From positions 350,886 through 414,885 of the forward strand of contig NW_002060955.1 in assembly GCF_000150275.1 (NCBI RefSeq): a stretch of DNA of 64,000 bases, written 5' to 3'. This DNA comes from Trichoplax adhaerens. Lineage: Eukaryota > Animalia > Placozoa. Below the pieces are notes generated by a model that was not told the DNA's origin, searched no databases, and saw nothing but the letters and a program-made list of their open reading frames with translations. The translations under genes were made by a program, and so were the position numbers. Each line of letters starts with the position of its first letter. Position 1 is the first letter of the stretch. Shown here in pieces: positions 1 through 12,169 of the stretch.

Positions 1-870
1 TGTTACAACCGGCGTTAGGGTAGTGCTATCCATATTGGTTGATGAATGATTACTTAAATTGTTGATGTTAGTATTGGTCGTGGACGATTTACTATAGACA
101 AATTCACTGGGATCCCATTTCCTTCCATTTAAAGTAATATTTGCAATACAACCTCGAAAATCGTGGGCTATAACGAATCGATGCAATTTAGAATAGAATC
201 GTTTTGGAATACCACCAACGTAAAGACCAGATGTGCTATCCACTGCATGGACATGATGGGTATTTAATTGAGTTTTAACTAAGCGGATACCATCGACACT
301 TAGCTCGGCAATAGCCCCTAAGCGACTAGCGTTAATCCAATGCCATTGGCCATCAGTCCATTGACCATTACCTGGAGCAGCAGTTAAGAGAACGGTTCCT
401 TGTCCGGCATTGAAGATAAATTCTATTTTTCTCTTCCTTAATTGAATTGCTAGAAAATCCTTGGTTTGCATAGTTTTATCCGCTTCATATAACATAACGC
501 CATTTCTTGAGAAGGTACGAAAATAGAAGGAATGTTGTGAGTAATATAAAGATCGCCAAGAAGTGATACGAATTCGATTCTTGTTAGGTAATACTAAACT
601 TCCAGCACGAATACATTCATGCGGTTTAATTTCAGGATCGCGAATTCTTTGCGGTGCTTTCCATGGAAAAACGTAAATAAAAAATAATATTACCAAGAAT
701 GAGAAAAGAATAATCCCTTTACGACGATTAGGTAATGCGATACTATGATTATTATTGGCGAGAAATGCAGAGATTTTATTCTTGGATTCGACCTTATTGG
801 TATTTTTCAGTTTGAAATTACTAAATAACGTATTTGCCCGTGGTCGTGGAGATAATCTTGAATCACTCAT
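1..870 (-). CDS. Type II membrane protein with a laminin G (LamG/LNS) domain; partial, runs off the window start
   Basis: Uninterrupted minus-strand frame from ATG at 870 (in-frame TAA just upstream) to base 1, 290 codons. It is absent from the ORF track because no stop lies in the window. Translation: basic tail (..LPNRRKG), hydrophobic IILFSFLVILFFIYVFPW, then LamG hallmarks FYFRTFSRNGVMLY, DFLAIQL, FIFNAGQG, WTDGQWHWI, LSVDG, LYVGGIP and FRGCIANITLNG, then an S/T/N-rich linker. Confidence 0.85.
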   Translation of the reverse strand, partial: MSDSRLSPRPRANTLFSNFKLKNTNKVESKNKISAFLANNNHSIALPNRRKGIILFSFLVILFFIYVFPWKAPQRIRDPEIKPHECIRAGSLVLPNKNRIRITSWRSLYYSQHSFYFRTFSRNGVMLYEADKTMQTKDFLAIQLRKRKIEFIFNAGQGTVLLTAAPGNGQWTDGQWHWINASRLGAIAELSVDGIRLVKTQLNTHHVHAVDSTSGLYVGGIPKRFYSKLHRFVIAHDFRGCIANITLNGRKWDPSEFVYSKSSTTNTNINNLSNHSSTNMDSTTLTPVVT

Positions 871-2054
871 GTTTTGATCTTGTCTAGACTTTATTAGCAC
901 CACATGTACTCGTAGGGTAGGATTTGATATAAAGGATGAATTCTAGTACAACATTGGATAGTCTTGCTAATCTTTTTTAAGTAGTATCTGTTGCTAGATA
1001 AGATTAACTAGTATAGACGATGGCTTATGGTTTTGAATAACGTTGAATAGGTCGCTACAGCGGGATACTGCTGGATAGCATGGCTCTGATCCGGCAAATA
1101 GTACATATGTTGTAACCTAAAGCAACAAGTTATTCTACTTTATACCGGTATATACTTTCTTTCAAGTAGCTGATTAGAAAGCTGATTAGATTCAAATCCA
1201 TATATAATTATAAGACAGAAAGATTGTCATGAATAATGATTCAGTCGTTGTAAAAAGTACGATATTAGACTAACCTTGAGCAGTATTTTGATAGAACTGC
1301 TTTAATTAATGATGATAGCACTTGAGGTGATACCAAGCAGGAGAGAAGTTTTCTTACCTTACTAAATAGATTAATAGGATAACTCTAGTTTGGTAAATCT
1401 GTTACCGCAGTTTGCATCACTGTAATAAACAGATGATGAAGGTAAGAAATAGATAACCAATAAAACGATAGATAGAAATGACGTTGAAGCAACATATGGA
1501 GCTACTAAATAGTATTGTTGAGCATCATTCAATACCGCTTGTATTATTACGATCAGGCAAGATATTCTAATTCATGTTAAATAAAATTAATTTGATATTC
1601 TATTCTTTAACAGTGCATCGATTCGTATAGGCTAACCGATTGTATTTGCGGTTAAAAGATAAATATCATTATTGAAAATTTATAAATGTATCTATCCCAT
1701 GCTAAATATTGATACGCGTTAAATAAATGAATAACAACCAAAGAAGTTCCTATTAATTCTATTTTTTTTAACCTTCTTTAAAGCCTTTATGCCTAATTAA
1801 AATTCTATTTATAAACTACTATTCGTACTATGGCACTTTTTTGTAGTCCAAAATGCGTAGGATAAGCACTCCGTCAAAACATACGAATCTATGTGCAAAT
1901 TGGATGTACCTAATTACGTCATGGTAGAAAAAAAATCCGATTTGGACAGGAAATGGTTTAAGATATATGAAATCGATCGGACGATTCTCCATTTTTTCTC
2001 TTTATTTTTCAACCCATTCAAATTATTAATTACGTAGGTCAATATCTCCTCTCT

Positions 2055-2437
2055 CTATCAGCAAAAACTCACTAAATACTATACGATACTGTGGCCATTT
2101 TATCCTGTCAAGAACTTCTATCATTCTCTGCTCATTATATTTATAACTTTACGAAATGTCGGAGAATAGGAAAGTTCTCAATTTTGATGATAGATGCGGT
2201 ACAGTAGTCTTGCAAACAATTTGAGTCTTTACTCTTGAGTAATAGCTCATGAGTATATAGCGAAATAGCAAAGATTGGATAGTGTAGACGATGGGTTATG
2301 GTCATGAATAAATTGTCAAAGTCCATAGGTTAGATCGGCATTACCGTCTATTAGCAGAAACTCACTAAATACGGTACTATGACCATTTCATCCTGTCAAA
2401 AACTTCTACCATTCTTTGCTCAATACACTTATGACTT
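2055..2437. repeat. Diverged ~90-bp direct repeat pair
   Basis: ctatcagcaaaaactcactaaatac...atcctgtcaagaacttctatcattctctgctca (~2056) versus ctattagcagaaactcactaaatac...atcctgtcaaaaacttctaccattctttgctca (~2348). Confidence 0.75.
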
Positions 2438-2617
2438 GAAGCTTTCATGGCTATAATCCCAAGCTATTCCACAAATGAGTGACTGTAAGGTAGAGAGCCA
2501 TTGAATTGTTCACCCCAGATCCCGAAAGATCCCTACGTCAATTCGAAATACTGCAATGGAACCAACAGATGATAATGAAAATAATAGACAATCTTTGCAT
2601 ATATTTATACATATTGC

Positions 2618-3200
2618 TGAATCAAAATCAAAATCGAATCAATTAGCCTGTAACTTTGTATTAGCGTTTTATTTTTATATTGCATTTGTCTTAGAAGCAA
2701 GTAATTAATGGATAACTAGTTTGTCGATGCGTATACTTCTACATATAACTTATGTAAGATAATAATAACTAAGCTTGTAAACATAAATCGCTAATATAAA
2801 ATAGAACTTATCAAACAGATTACGGTTACTTTGAAGATAATAAACAATTTTTGCAGATACTCATACTCTTAACTGCTCTATCTGAGTTATGTGTATTTAT
2901 TATCACCATCGTTATGTACTCATGTCGTATTTGCGCGTTTATGTATTACTAGGTAATTTTCCTAAACTTACATATCTATGCAATCGATATGGACTCTGTC
3001 ATCGAATCAAAAATCAAACTGCCTAGATGGTAAATTTATATCAGCGTTTTACGAATATCGTATCTAGATTACGTTTGAGCAGTATTAGATTAAATTGCAA
3101 ATCATCAGTGACTTGCTTGTCAAGGCGTCTACTTCTATACAACTTACACACTATAACAGCAGATGTCGTACTCTAACTATTCTATCTAAATTATGTGTAT
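2618..3200. repeat. Old degenerate tandem duplication
   Basis: Collinear blocks recur at ~2618-2900 and ~3004-3200: gaatcaaaa(a)tcaaa, t(t/c)agcgtttta, tacttcta.. and gcagat..tactct(t)aact..tctatct...ttatgtgtat. Confidence 0.6.
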
Positions 3201-5707
3201 CCGTATCTTTGCGCATTCTTTCATCTATATACTGTCATATCAATATTTTGAAAAAAAGAAAGTATACTGTGAAAATCAAGGTAAGAATTTGTTTTAAGCA
3301 AATCAGGTATTACTTTAGCTACAGCCTATTCGATAGAACATTTAATAGTCTATAAATGTATTCGGTCATAACAACTATATCAGCGTGTAAAACACGGTAT
3401 AATATTGCATTATCTATGCAATGCTTGGTAGCAAGACTTTATAACTCTGAAATCTGAAGAATATCCCTATTTCATAGTAACTTTTGCCACTATTCTAAGA
3501 CGACATTAGGCTGTAATAATGAGTTATTAAGCTTATATAGCTAATGCTAATTGCATTTATTATCATTGCTCATTTTTGTAGGAAAAACAGCAAATTAATA
3601 ACTTTCAGTTAAAAACTAGAACTACAAAATTGATCGACAAGAATTGATTCTCTCTTGGCGAATGTACGAACTTCATTAACTTTTGAGAACAAAGGTGTTA
3701 TAATAAGCCATCAAGAGATAACTATAATGCTAGGATTAAACTTGCATATATGGTAGACATTTAGAGATAGAATAGCGAGTAATTTGATATTGAAAGCGAT
3801 TTGCTGTAATTCTTTAAGATTTTGGGGAAGCTGCTATTGTATTGTCGATTCCTTTTAGTTAATTTGGAGAATGATAACGTACTGTTGGCTTTACGATAGT
3901 ACACAATTAGAGAGCAATTATTTTTCATTTCTATCATAACTATCTCACATTTGCCATTAATCCAATGTTGATCGTATATTTTAGAAGTAAATGTTAAGAA
4001 TTATGAATAAAGTAAAATAAAGCAGACATTTACAAGTTTTTACTTATTTGAGTACTATCATTTTTTATCAGTTACTTTTTAGCATATTACTAGAAATTTT
4101 CGAGCCTCACTATGAACTATGATAATACAATAATTTTAGTGATGATATTATCTTGGAAGAATATTAGTTAAAAGCCATTAAATTCGATTTTTTCTGTAGA
4201 AGTTGTATTGTAACTGTTTCTAGCTAAAACTCACATGTAATATAAGTCTTTCGAATAGATTGCACTCGAAATTTTGCTTTTCAATTAGATTTCATGCGAG
4301 TACAGCTGTAATATTACACACCCTAATTTCTTACGCACTAATATAAGCCTGATGAAGTAATTTATTTCATATAATATAATACTGCTAAGTATTACGCTGC
4401 ATTTGTTAGATAGATTGTGCATTAATGCCATGTATTACCATACTGATATCAGCTACAACTTGTAATATCTATAGTGCATTTAAGATTGGTATTGTTTACT
4501 TGCTTAAATTCAATATAATCAAATTTTAGTATGTTACAGACTTGCTGTTGTTATAGGTTATGCAATAATCTTTTGCAAATGTATTATTTTATACTTGTTA
4601 ATTCTACTTATTAATCGTGGAATATACTACATATATTTAGTTAGTTTTATAATATCTTTCACTACTTTTTCCATTTCGTATCTCTCGTGCTAAAACTGAG
4701 AGTAGTACGAACCTTCAATATGATTGCTAGTATTAACTGTAGATAGTGATAGTCGACAAATAAATATAGCTTGATAAGATAATAATCGGTTTGTTTTGCA
4801 AGCACGTTTATAGTGTAGATCTTGTACTGAGTTAAAAAAAATCATCTTCTTCTAGCAATAGAACAAAACATCTAAATTGCAGCATTCCGACCTTTTCTAA
4901 AATCATGTACTTTATATAACTTACAAATAGAAGTAGAATTGAACAATTGATTTTACAAATACTCGTTTATATTGGTGCGTTAAGTAAAAATAAGAAAGTT
5001 ATTATATACGCTATATGTACGATAATGTATTTTATGACTTGATTAGATCTTTCACTATTAATGTACTCAATCTCAATGGTTTGTACTGTATAAGTATTAC
5101 GAAATGAAGATTTGCGTTAATTATGTTTCTATCTTATAAGCTCACTACAACCTTAACCAATTCTGTTGATTATTGTAGCATATTCGCTTAGCAATAAAAT
5201 TTGTAAGATATAAGTCCATTTGCTAGAAAGTAGAAGAGTTTCGTAAACGTAACAACAAGAATGAACTCTAAGCTTGTACCAAGAATGGATGTAGTCAACT
5301 TTTGAACACGATAAAATGGCCTATTTTTGATCCAGTTGTGGAGTATTAGACTGATCAGAAATGAGGTAAAGGATTGAAATAACTCATAATTAAATAAATA
5401 AAAGCTGCCCCCAAAATAGCCGACTATCCCTATAGACTACAGTACTGCCTTGTACAGTATAAATTACAAACTACTGCGACAGATTGGACATACAGACTAT
5501 GTCAATAGGTCAAGACCAAGTGCAATAACTGCCGTTGCTTATTATACAATATCTTTATACCTTGGTAGCGGTAGTCAGCATTAGTCTAACCTTGACATCG
5601 AATTAAAACCTAACAACGGACTAAAATACTACTATACTGTACTAATACAAACATTTACATTCCCCGCTTTCAAAAGTACTGCAAGTTTTGAAATTCAATC
5701 TGCGATC

Positions 5708-7999
5708 ATGGCTACTAGAAAGGTATTCACTTCTTTCTACAATTTAAAGATGTGTATGGAATTCCATCAGTAGTATTAAATGATTTAATGATCGATTATT
5801 CTAATTCACGAACTCATGCCTAGATGCTGTAGGATTACAGATCGGCGATGAAGCTGCTTTACTTAAAACTAGTAGAATTCACGCTCTTTATACTTCGCGT
5901 ACTATTTATAGTTTGTAGGTAGTTCTACATTTTACTTTAAGTGGTAACTACAATGTAGAATTTTAGGAAGCTATTCTCACATTGATACAATTTAGAGATG
6001 AGTATTGAATTTTATCTGCACCATTGCATGATTTAAATGATCGATTTATTCTTTTTATTGGCACATACACAAATAGTGTAGGATTACAGACTTTCGATGG
6101 TACTGCTTTATTTACCTATAGTATGAAGGATTACTAGTAGTTTAGAAGTAGGATTAAGCAAGCTATTCGCTCCTTATAGAAAATAAACAAGAGTGGTGAA
6201 TTCCATTTGTAACATTGCATGATTAAATCCTAGATTACTCCAGCTCATTAACAAGTACCTGAATACTGTTGGACTACATAGCTGCGATGAAAATTACTTT
6301 AGGTGTAGAATTAATACCATTTAATGATAAACAAATTTAATGTCCTGTCACTTCGTTGACAAGGAAGTATATTTCATTTGGGGGACTACAGGGTACAGAT
6401 TCCTGCCATGAACTACCTTATGTACAATGAGGAAGTTATTAACTCCTTTATAAAATCTTAAGATGAGTATTGAATTCCATCTACAACATTGCATAATTTG
6501 ATAATTGTAATAGATAATGCTAGTTCACTGCCATGTGCTTGGATAGTGTAGCAATCAGGTCTGTGAATGAAATTACTTGGCGAGTAAAATTAGTAGTGTC
6601 TGATGATAGATTACTCTAATTTATGTGCGTTTACCTAGACTATACAGAACTGCAGATCTAGAATGAAACTGCTTTAGAAGCAGATTTTATGTTGATAGTG
6701 GCTCACGAATAATACAGTTAGACTTGGATTTGTGATTAAAAGTTCACTTTATGACCAAGACTGTCGACCTATAAGGAAATTGCTTTACACGTAAAATTTT
6801 CGAGTGTGATGATGAGTCAACAATAATACTAACATTAGATATTGATTTATTATTAAAACTTTACTTTATTGCACAAATAAGTCTTTTACCAATAGATGTT
6901 CGTACTACTTCACAATCTAACTTACCTAACTTACAAACTGAATCTATTTCCGGCTTGCATAACATCAGCTATAAACTTACGCTGTGTATTAATTAATATG
7001 ACGCCACCATAGTGCTATGTCGGGAACTGTAACATCTTTTTAGCCGCATGCTAACGGCTCCTACAAACGTAAAATTGGTGTAAAGCAGATCAAAATTGCC
7101 ATTTTGTTTAAGCGGTGTTTATGGGATATCTTGTACGGTCCATTGCACGTTATTGATAATAGTTAACGATAGACACATCTAAATTGTGCAATTGGATCTA
7201 TTTCTGTTGTTTTGGCAAGAGTTAGCTACATAGTACATGAGCATAAATGTGCTTGCATTTCTATACTCTACGCACTTTTGTGATTGGATCCATTGCCGTT
7301 ATTCTGCGATCTACTTGGAATTTTTTCTGGTACAAGCTTTCTTTTAGGCCTCTTGAACTTCAATGGTCGCTGACGATTTGCGATGAATATCATAATACTA
7401 ACAGCAGTGATGTTCAAATGGAGAAAACACAGCCTTGTGCAGCAATATTAACTGATTTAAACTATTCAATGCTTATCTGTTTGAGAGCTTATCCTACATG
7501 GTAGTTTTATATCTAGATACTACAGTATTTATTACTATCAAAGAGGGAGAGAAATGTGCCATGATATACAGTATGTGTACAATTATGAAAATAATAGACA
7601 AATCTTTTAATTTTTCTAAGGTTTATGAATTCAACGTAGAAATGGCTTGTGATGGTTGTTCGGGTGCAGTTAAACGTGTCTTGGGAAGATTATCAGGTAC
7701 TCGTTTGATGCAAGTGGCTAAAATGTGTTATTTGAAATACTGTTCAACTTGCTTGATCATTATTTCAATGCTTACTTGTGCTGGATAACAAATTGAGTAG
7801 TATAGCCAATAATCTTAAACTTTGAAACAAACTGGATACAGTGATTTAATACTCAGTTATTATCACAGAGGTCTCTTCTATCGATATTGACATGGAAAAG
7901 CAAAAAGTTTACGTAACAACTACCTTACCTTCAGAAAATATTTTGGCCAAAATAATAAAGACTGGAAAAGCTTGTTCTTTCGTTGGAGAAAGAAGTTAA
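5708..7999 (+). CDS. ATOX1: Copper chaperone ATOX1/Atx1 (HMA domain), 3 coding exons
   Basis: Exons 5708-5722 (MATRK), 7621-7696 and 7869-7999 have GT-AG borders. They give MATRKVYEFNVEMACDGCSGAVKRVLGRLSEVSSIDIDMEKQKVYVTTTLPSENILAKIIKTGKACSFVGERS*, with the MxCxxC copper site and the C-terminal KTGK motif of Atx1/ATOX1. Exon 1 is less certain than exons 2-3. Confidence 0.92.
5716..6790. repeat. Degenerate tandem array (~190-270 bp units) in ATOX1 intron 1
   Basis: Recurring blocks aag(g/c/t)tatt, agatgagtattgaattccat...cattgcatgatt and tgtaggattacaga...gatga..ctgcttta start near 5716, 5964, 6155 and 6429, with partial copies to ~6790. Confidence 0.7.
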
Positions 8000-10391
8000 T
8001 TCGCAAGATGATAATCCAACGTATAGTTATCTATATGGAAAGAAATATCATTTTAACAGAATGTCATGACTAATTTGGATTCCGGTCAATTCTATCAATA
8101 TATTATTGCACTAAATCATACGCTATATAGCAATACCTTACCCACAATTAGTGGGCTTTTGAACATGTCTATCTCCATAATAGAGTAGCTGTACCGAAAT
8201 TGTAGATTCTTCTCTTGATCGTAGCCAAGGGAACTTTGAAAAGCAATCGTAGTAATTATCTTTTTTTGACCATGATTCTTTCTTAATTCCTCTTAAGAGG
8301 GTATATCAATTAGCTAAAATTAATTTAATGTTAGTATACTTACTGAATTGGTAATTGCATATAACTGGTAATGTTGAATCATCACTAGTAAATGCGATTC
8401 AAGACGCCTATAGTTAGGCGTAATTTATCAGTAATTTCTCATATATGCCTGTCTGTGCCTAAGAAATTGATATAATAATTACTTTCAATCCTTTTAAAAG
8501 GATGAGGGAAAAAATAAAATTTTGATAGCGAATTACCGTAGCCAGGTGTGAAACTTCTTCATTTTTAGTGTTACAAATATCTCGCTTGTGCTATAGGATG
8601 GATGAAAGTCGAATTATTCCAAACTTGTATTATAATCACACTTCTAGAAATTTATTTTGCGGATAAATGTAGACCAATACATACTATAGAAGTAAAATAC
8701 CTACCAAGAAATGACTAAGAATAGTCTCTAGAGTAGCAAATGGAATTTACAAGTACACTAGCGAATTTAACCCAATAATACCCTAATAGACCGAGTCTGC
8801 AGATTTAATAGCAGTAGGCCAAGAAAGGAAAATAATTATGTAATAACTTACTCCATGAGTGGCAAATCGTCCATGAATAAAATGATTATTTTATATTGAT
8901 GTCACCTATCAATATCTTAGCATCAGTCGATGACATTACTATTTGATGATTGCCTACCGGAGCTGCAAATTTTATTTATGGTAATAATAAATGTAAAGTT
9001 GTTCTAATTAGTTTTATGATGGAACAAGTTATGGAACCCGCAAACTTGGCGGTAGTGCGAAAGCAAAAGATCGGTGTAATAACTTATCTTCAAGGCCAGC
9101 AATCATGCTCAATTAACATGGTGATATTTTATTCATCATGATGTGGTAAATGCTATGATAGAACCTACAGATTAATATCGGTATATCAACTGAGGACATT
9201 ACTGCAACTATGCAATAATTATTATGAGTACCAGAGAGAGCGAGTCTGTATCTAGCATCGGTGGGTAGAATGTCTATCAAAACATTATTTCTGTTACCTA
9301 AAGACTACTTGCAAAATTGTATAAAATTCGAAGGAAAGCCGCTATCCATCTTGATAGGATAACATAAGTATGAATAGCAAGTAACGATTACCTTTAGCCA
9401 TGTTAGTATAGTACTCGTTGAGCTCATTTTTATTGAGACTAGAAATAGCAAATTTATTTATTCTATAGAAAGTATTAGAGTACTATGATTTCAATCACAC
9501 TTCATTGCATTATTCAGCCTTGTTAAAGTACAGCATTTGGTTTAATTGATTACAATTTGAAGTATTAAGTTATATTCAGACACTTGCGGCAACCTTGTCT
9601 TCACTACGGTATTAAATTAATGTGTTTGCATAAGGCACAAGCAAGAATTTAGCATATCGTCCAGAGTAAAGACATTCGACCAGAAGCAAGAAAATATCAT
9701 CGAGTTCCAATATACAAAGTATTGGTTACATTCACTTTAGTTGTATGTTTGTCCAGCAATGTAGTAGAAGATTCAACATTTAATCGTGAACAAGACTGAT
9801 CATGACAGTATGTAAAATTACCGACGCATACTCTAGTGTCGGATCGGGGTTTCCTTGAATAGGAAATAACGTTAAAAAGCTATCTGGACGAAGCATCCTG
9901 TACAAACAGTTTGCACTAATAAAAGAGAATTGAACCATTTTGGTCCTTGATCGACATGAGAAAAAATAGTTCTGGTCATGAGAATTCATGCTAGTGACAA
10001 CGTAATACATATTCGTTATTTTATCAAGTTTAGAGAAATTTTTGGAAGACAATTCAATAGTATTAATTACAGAATTAGTTTCAGACTAGATTGGCATTGA
10101 AAAAAGGCAATAGGACTATTGAACTCAGTACATTGTAGTCATCGAACAATTTATAAATCAGCATTATTACAGTAGATAGGGTATTAAACCTTGAATGGCA
10201 ATTATTAGATCATAACGTTATGTTCATCTTTACAAAGATCATTTAGGTCCATCGAAGGTTCTGCTGGTGAGAGTACTATCCAAGGTACATGTTGATGTTG
10301 GGTACTACTCTGTACAAGGAGCAAGCAGAAAGTAGTAAGTTGATCATCAGGCGATCGTTTCAATTTAATCCACTACAGTATAGCAGTGATT

Positions 10392-11453
10392 TTAATTTTC
10401 ATCAGCAGGAATATTCCTAAATAAGTAAGACATCGATTCGCCATTATGGATTCGTCGAATTGACTCAGCAATCAACTGGCTGATATCGATGGTCTTGAGT
10501 TTGCTACTATTGATCTTTTGAGGGATGGTATTGGTGACAACAATCTCTTCAAGACAGGAAGCATCTAATTTAGCTGCATCAGATTGTGTAAATTGGCCAT
10601 GAGTAGCTAAGGCATAGATTTTATAAGCTCCTCGTTCTTCAAGCAATTCAGCAGCTTTGAGTAAGAGATCTAAATTATCAATCATATCATCAATAATGAT
10701 GGCTATCTTGCCAGTGACATCGCCGACCAGGGTCATGGGTGGCTTCTCTTTTGGTGCAATCTCAGGCAACACCGACGGCAAGACACGCGATACACTACTA
10801 TCATCATATTCTGGCGGTGGCGATCCACTGCCATCTTCATCGTAATAATCGCTTTTACTTTCGCCATGGATGACAGCTAAAGTTAAATGGAGTCGTTCAG
10901 CGAAGGAAGTAGCACGTTTAGTACTGCCAGGTTCTCGAGCAACGACCACTGCATTTTTATAATCGGGAATATCTTGTTGTATATAGCGAATGATAAAAGG
11001 AGAAGCTCGTAAATTATCAACCGGGCAATTGAAAAATCCTTGTACTTCCTTATGATGTAAATCGACAGTAATAACATGGCTGACACCAGCTTTACACATC
11101 ATGGAGGCCACTAACTTGGCTGGTATAGCGCTACGATTTCTCATTTTACTATGCTTCGAATAGGGTAAATAAGGCATAACGGCAACAATTCTCTTGGCAG
11201 CTGATGTCTTACAAGCGTAAACCATAATTAAAAATTCAAAGATGAAATTATTGACACCATCGGCACCAGTTTGAATAATGAAAACATCCTTTTCGCGTAC
11301 AGAAACTAAAATATTCACTTTACTCTCGCCATTGGATTGGGATGCCACGTTGGCAGCAGCAATAGGCTCTCCTAACAACTCGCTAACACTCCTGGATAGA
11401 GTTGGATGCGATTGTCCTGAGAATAAATACATTCCTTTAATAGTCTTGGACAT
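10392..11453 (-). CDS. PRPSAP2: Phosphoribosyl pyrophosphate synthetase-associated protein (co-ortholog of PRPSAP1/PRPSAP2); core encoded in one exon, possible extra 5' coding exon 11567-11686
   Basis: 353-aa ORF with PRPSAP-specific motifs PYSKHSKMRNRSAI, DLHHKEVQGFF, VDNLRASPF, LAVIHGE, KEKPPMTLVGDV and RRIHNGESMSYLFRNI. It has an insertion in the catalytic loop and a degenerate ribose-5-phosphate loop (DDMIDNLDL instead of PRPS DDMxDTxGT). Confidence 0.95.
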   Translation of the reverse strand: MSKTIKGMYLFSGQSHPTLSRSVSELLGEPIAAANVASQSNGESKVNILVSVREKDVFIIQTGADGVNNFIFEFLIMVYACKTSAAKRIVAVMPYLPYSKHSKMRNRSAIPAKLVASMMCKAGVSHVITVDLHHKEVQGFFNCPVDNLRASPFIIRYIQQDIPDYKNAVVVAREPGSTKRATSFAERLHLTLAVIHGESKSDYYDEDGSGSPPPEYDDSSVSRVLPSVLPEIAPKEKPPMTLVGDVTGKIAIIIDDMIDNLDLLLKAAELLEERGAYKIYALATHGQFTQSDAAKLDASCLEEIVVTNTIPQKINSSKLKTIDISQLIAESIRRIHNGESMSYLFRNIPADEN

Positions 11454-12169
11454 GATGATGTATTGGCTAGCGATTGGCTACATAAAGTGATCGTACAATC
11501 AATTGGAGAAAGGCAATTCGTCTTCAAGGTCTTGCTGACTAAAATCGATGCAGGAACAAGCTTTACCTCTTTCCTGACTACGGACTGTGTCCTCTTTCTG
11601 TTAGCCAAAGTGGGTGTGAGAAATGGGACGGAAGGCCATCCTAATAAACTACTACAAGTACTGCGCTGTCGACAAAGCCGTGCCATACTAGCCTACTCGA
11701 CTGTTCACGGTAGAGCTGGGCACTGCTTTTGGACATTACCAAATCCACATGGGAGACCTTATGTAGTAAATGCGTCTCTCAATAACGATCTAAGGTCAAG
11801 TGGTCTTTATTTTTTAAAAGGCATTTATTACAAGGTTTTAGGAATAGTAGAGCAATAATGAATTACTACAAGAATCTGGTCTAAAATCCAAAGTATTCCT
11901 AGCTCAAAGCGAAGTAAAGTTTCCTCTCCTCCGTGAGCTCATCTCGGCAGTTCTTATAAACATTTCGTTCAATCCATTGATGACAACTTGATTCATCGAC
12001 AATCAGACAGCAGTCATCAAACAAAATACTTTTCTCGAATAGTACATCATTGCCTTTTACAATCTAAATCAATCTACTTAAGATGTCACTACGCTTCTAA
12101 TAACGTCTAGCCCCTTTCTCCAAAGGGCATCTTAACAACGATAGTGTTTCTACCTACATCAATTACTAG

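Noticed and set aside
8340-8910. In-frame TGA codons in exon-like segments read as selenocysteine
   Set aside because: No recognisable selenoprotein fold or SECIS element, and TAA/TAG stops also interrupt the candidate frames in this region.
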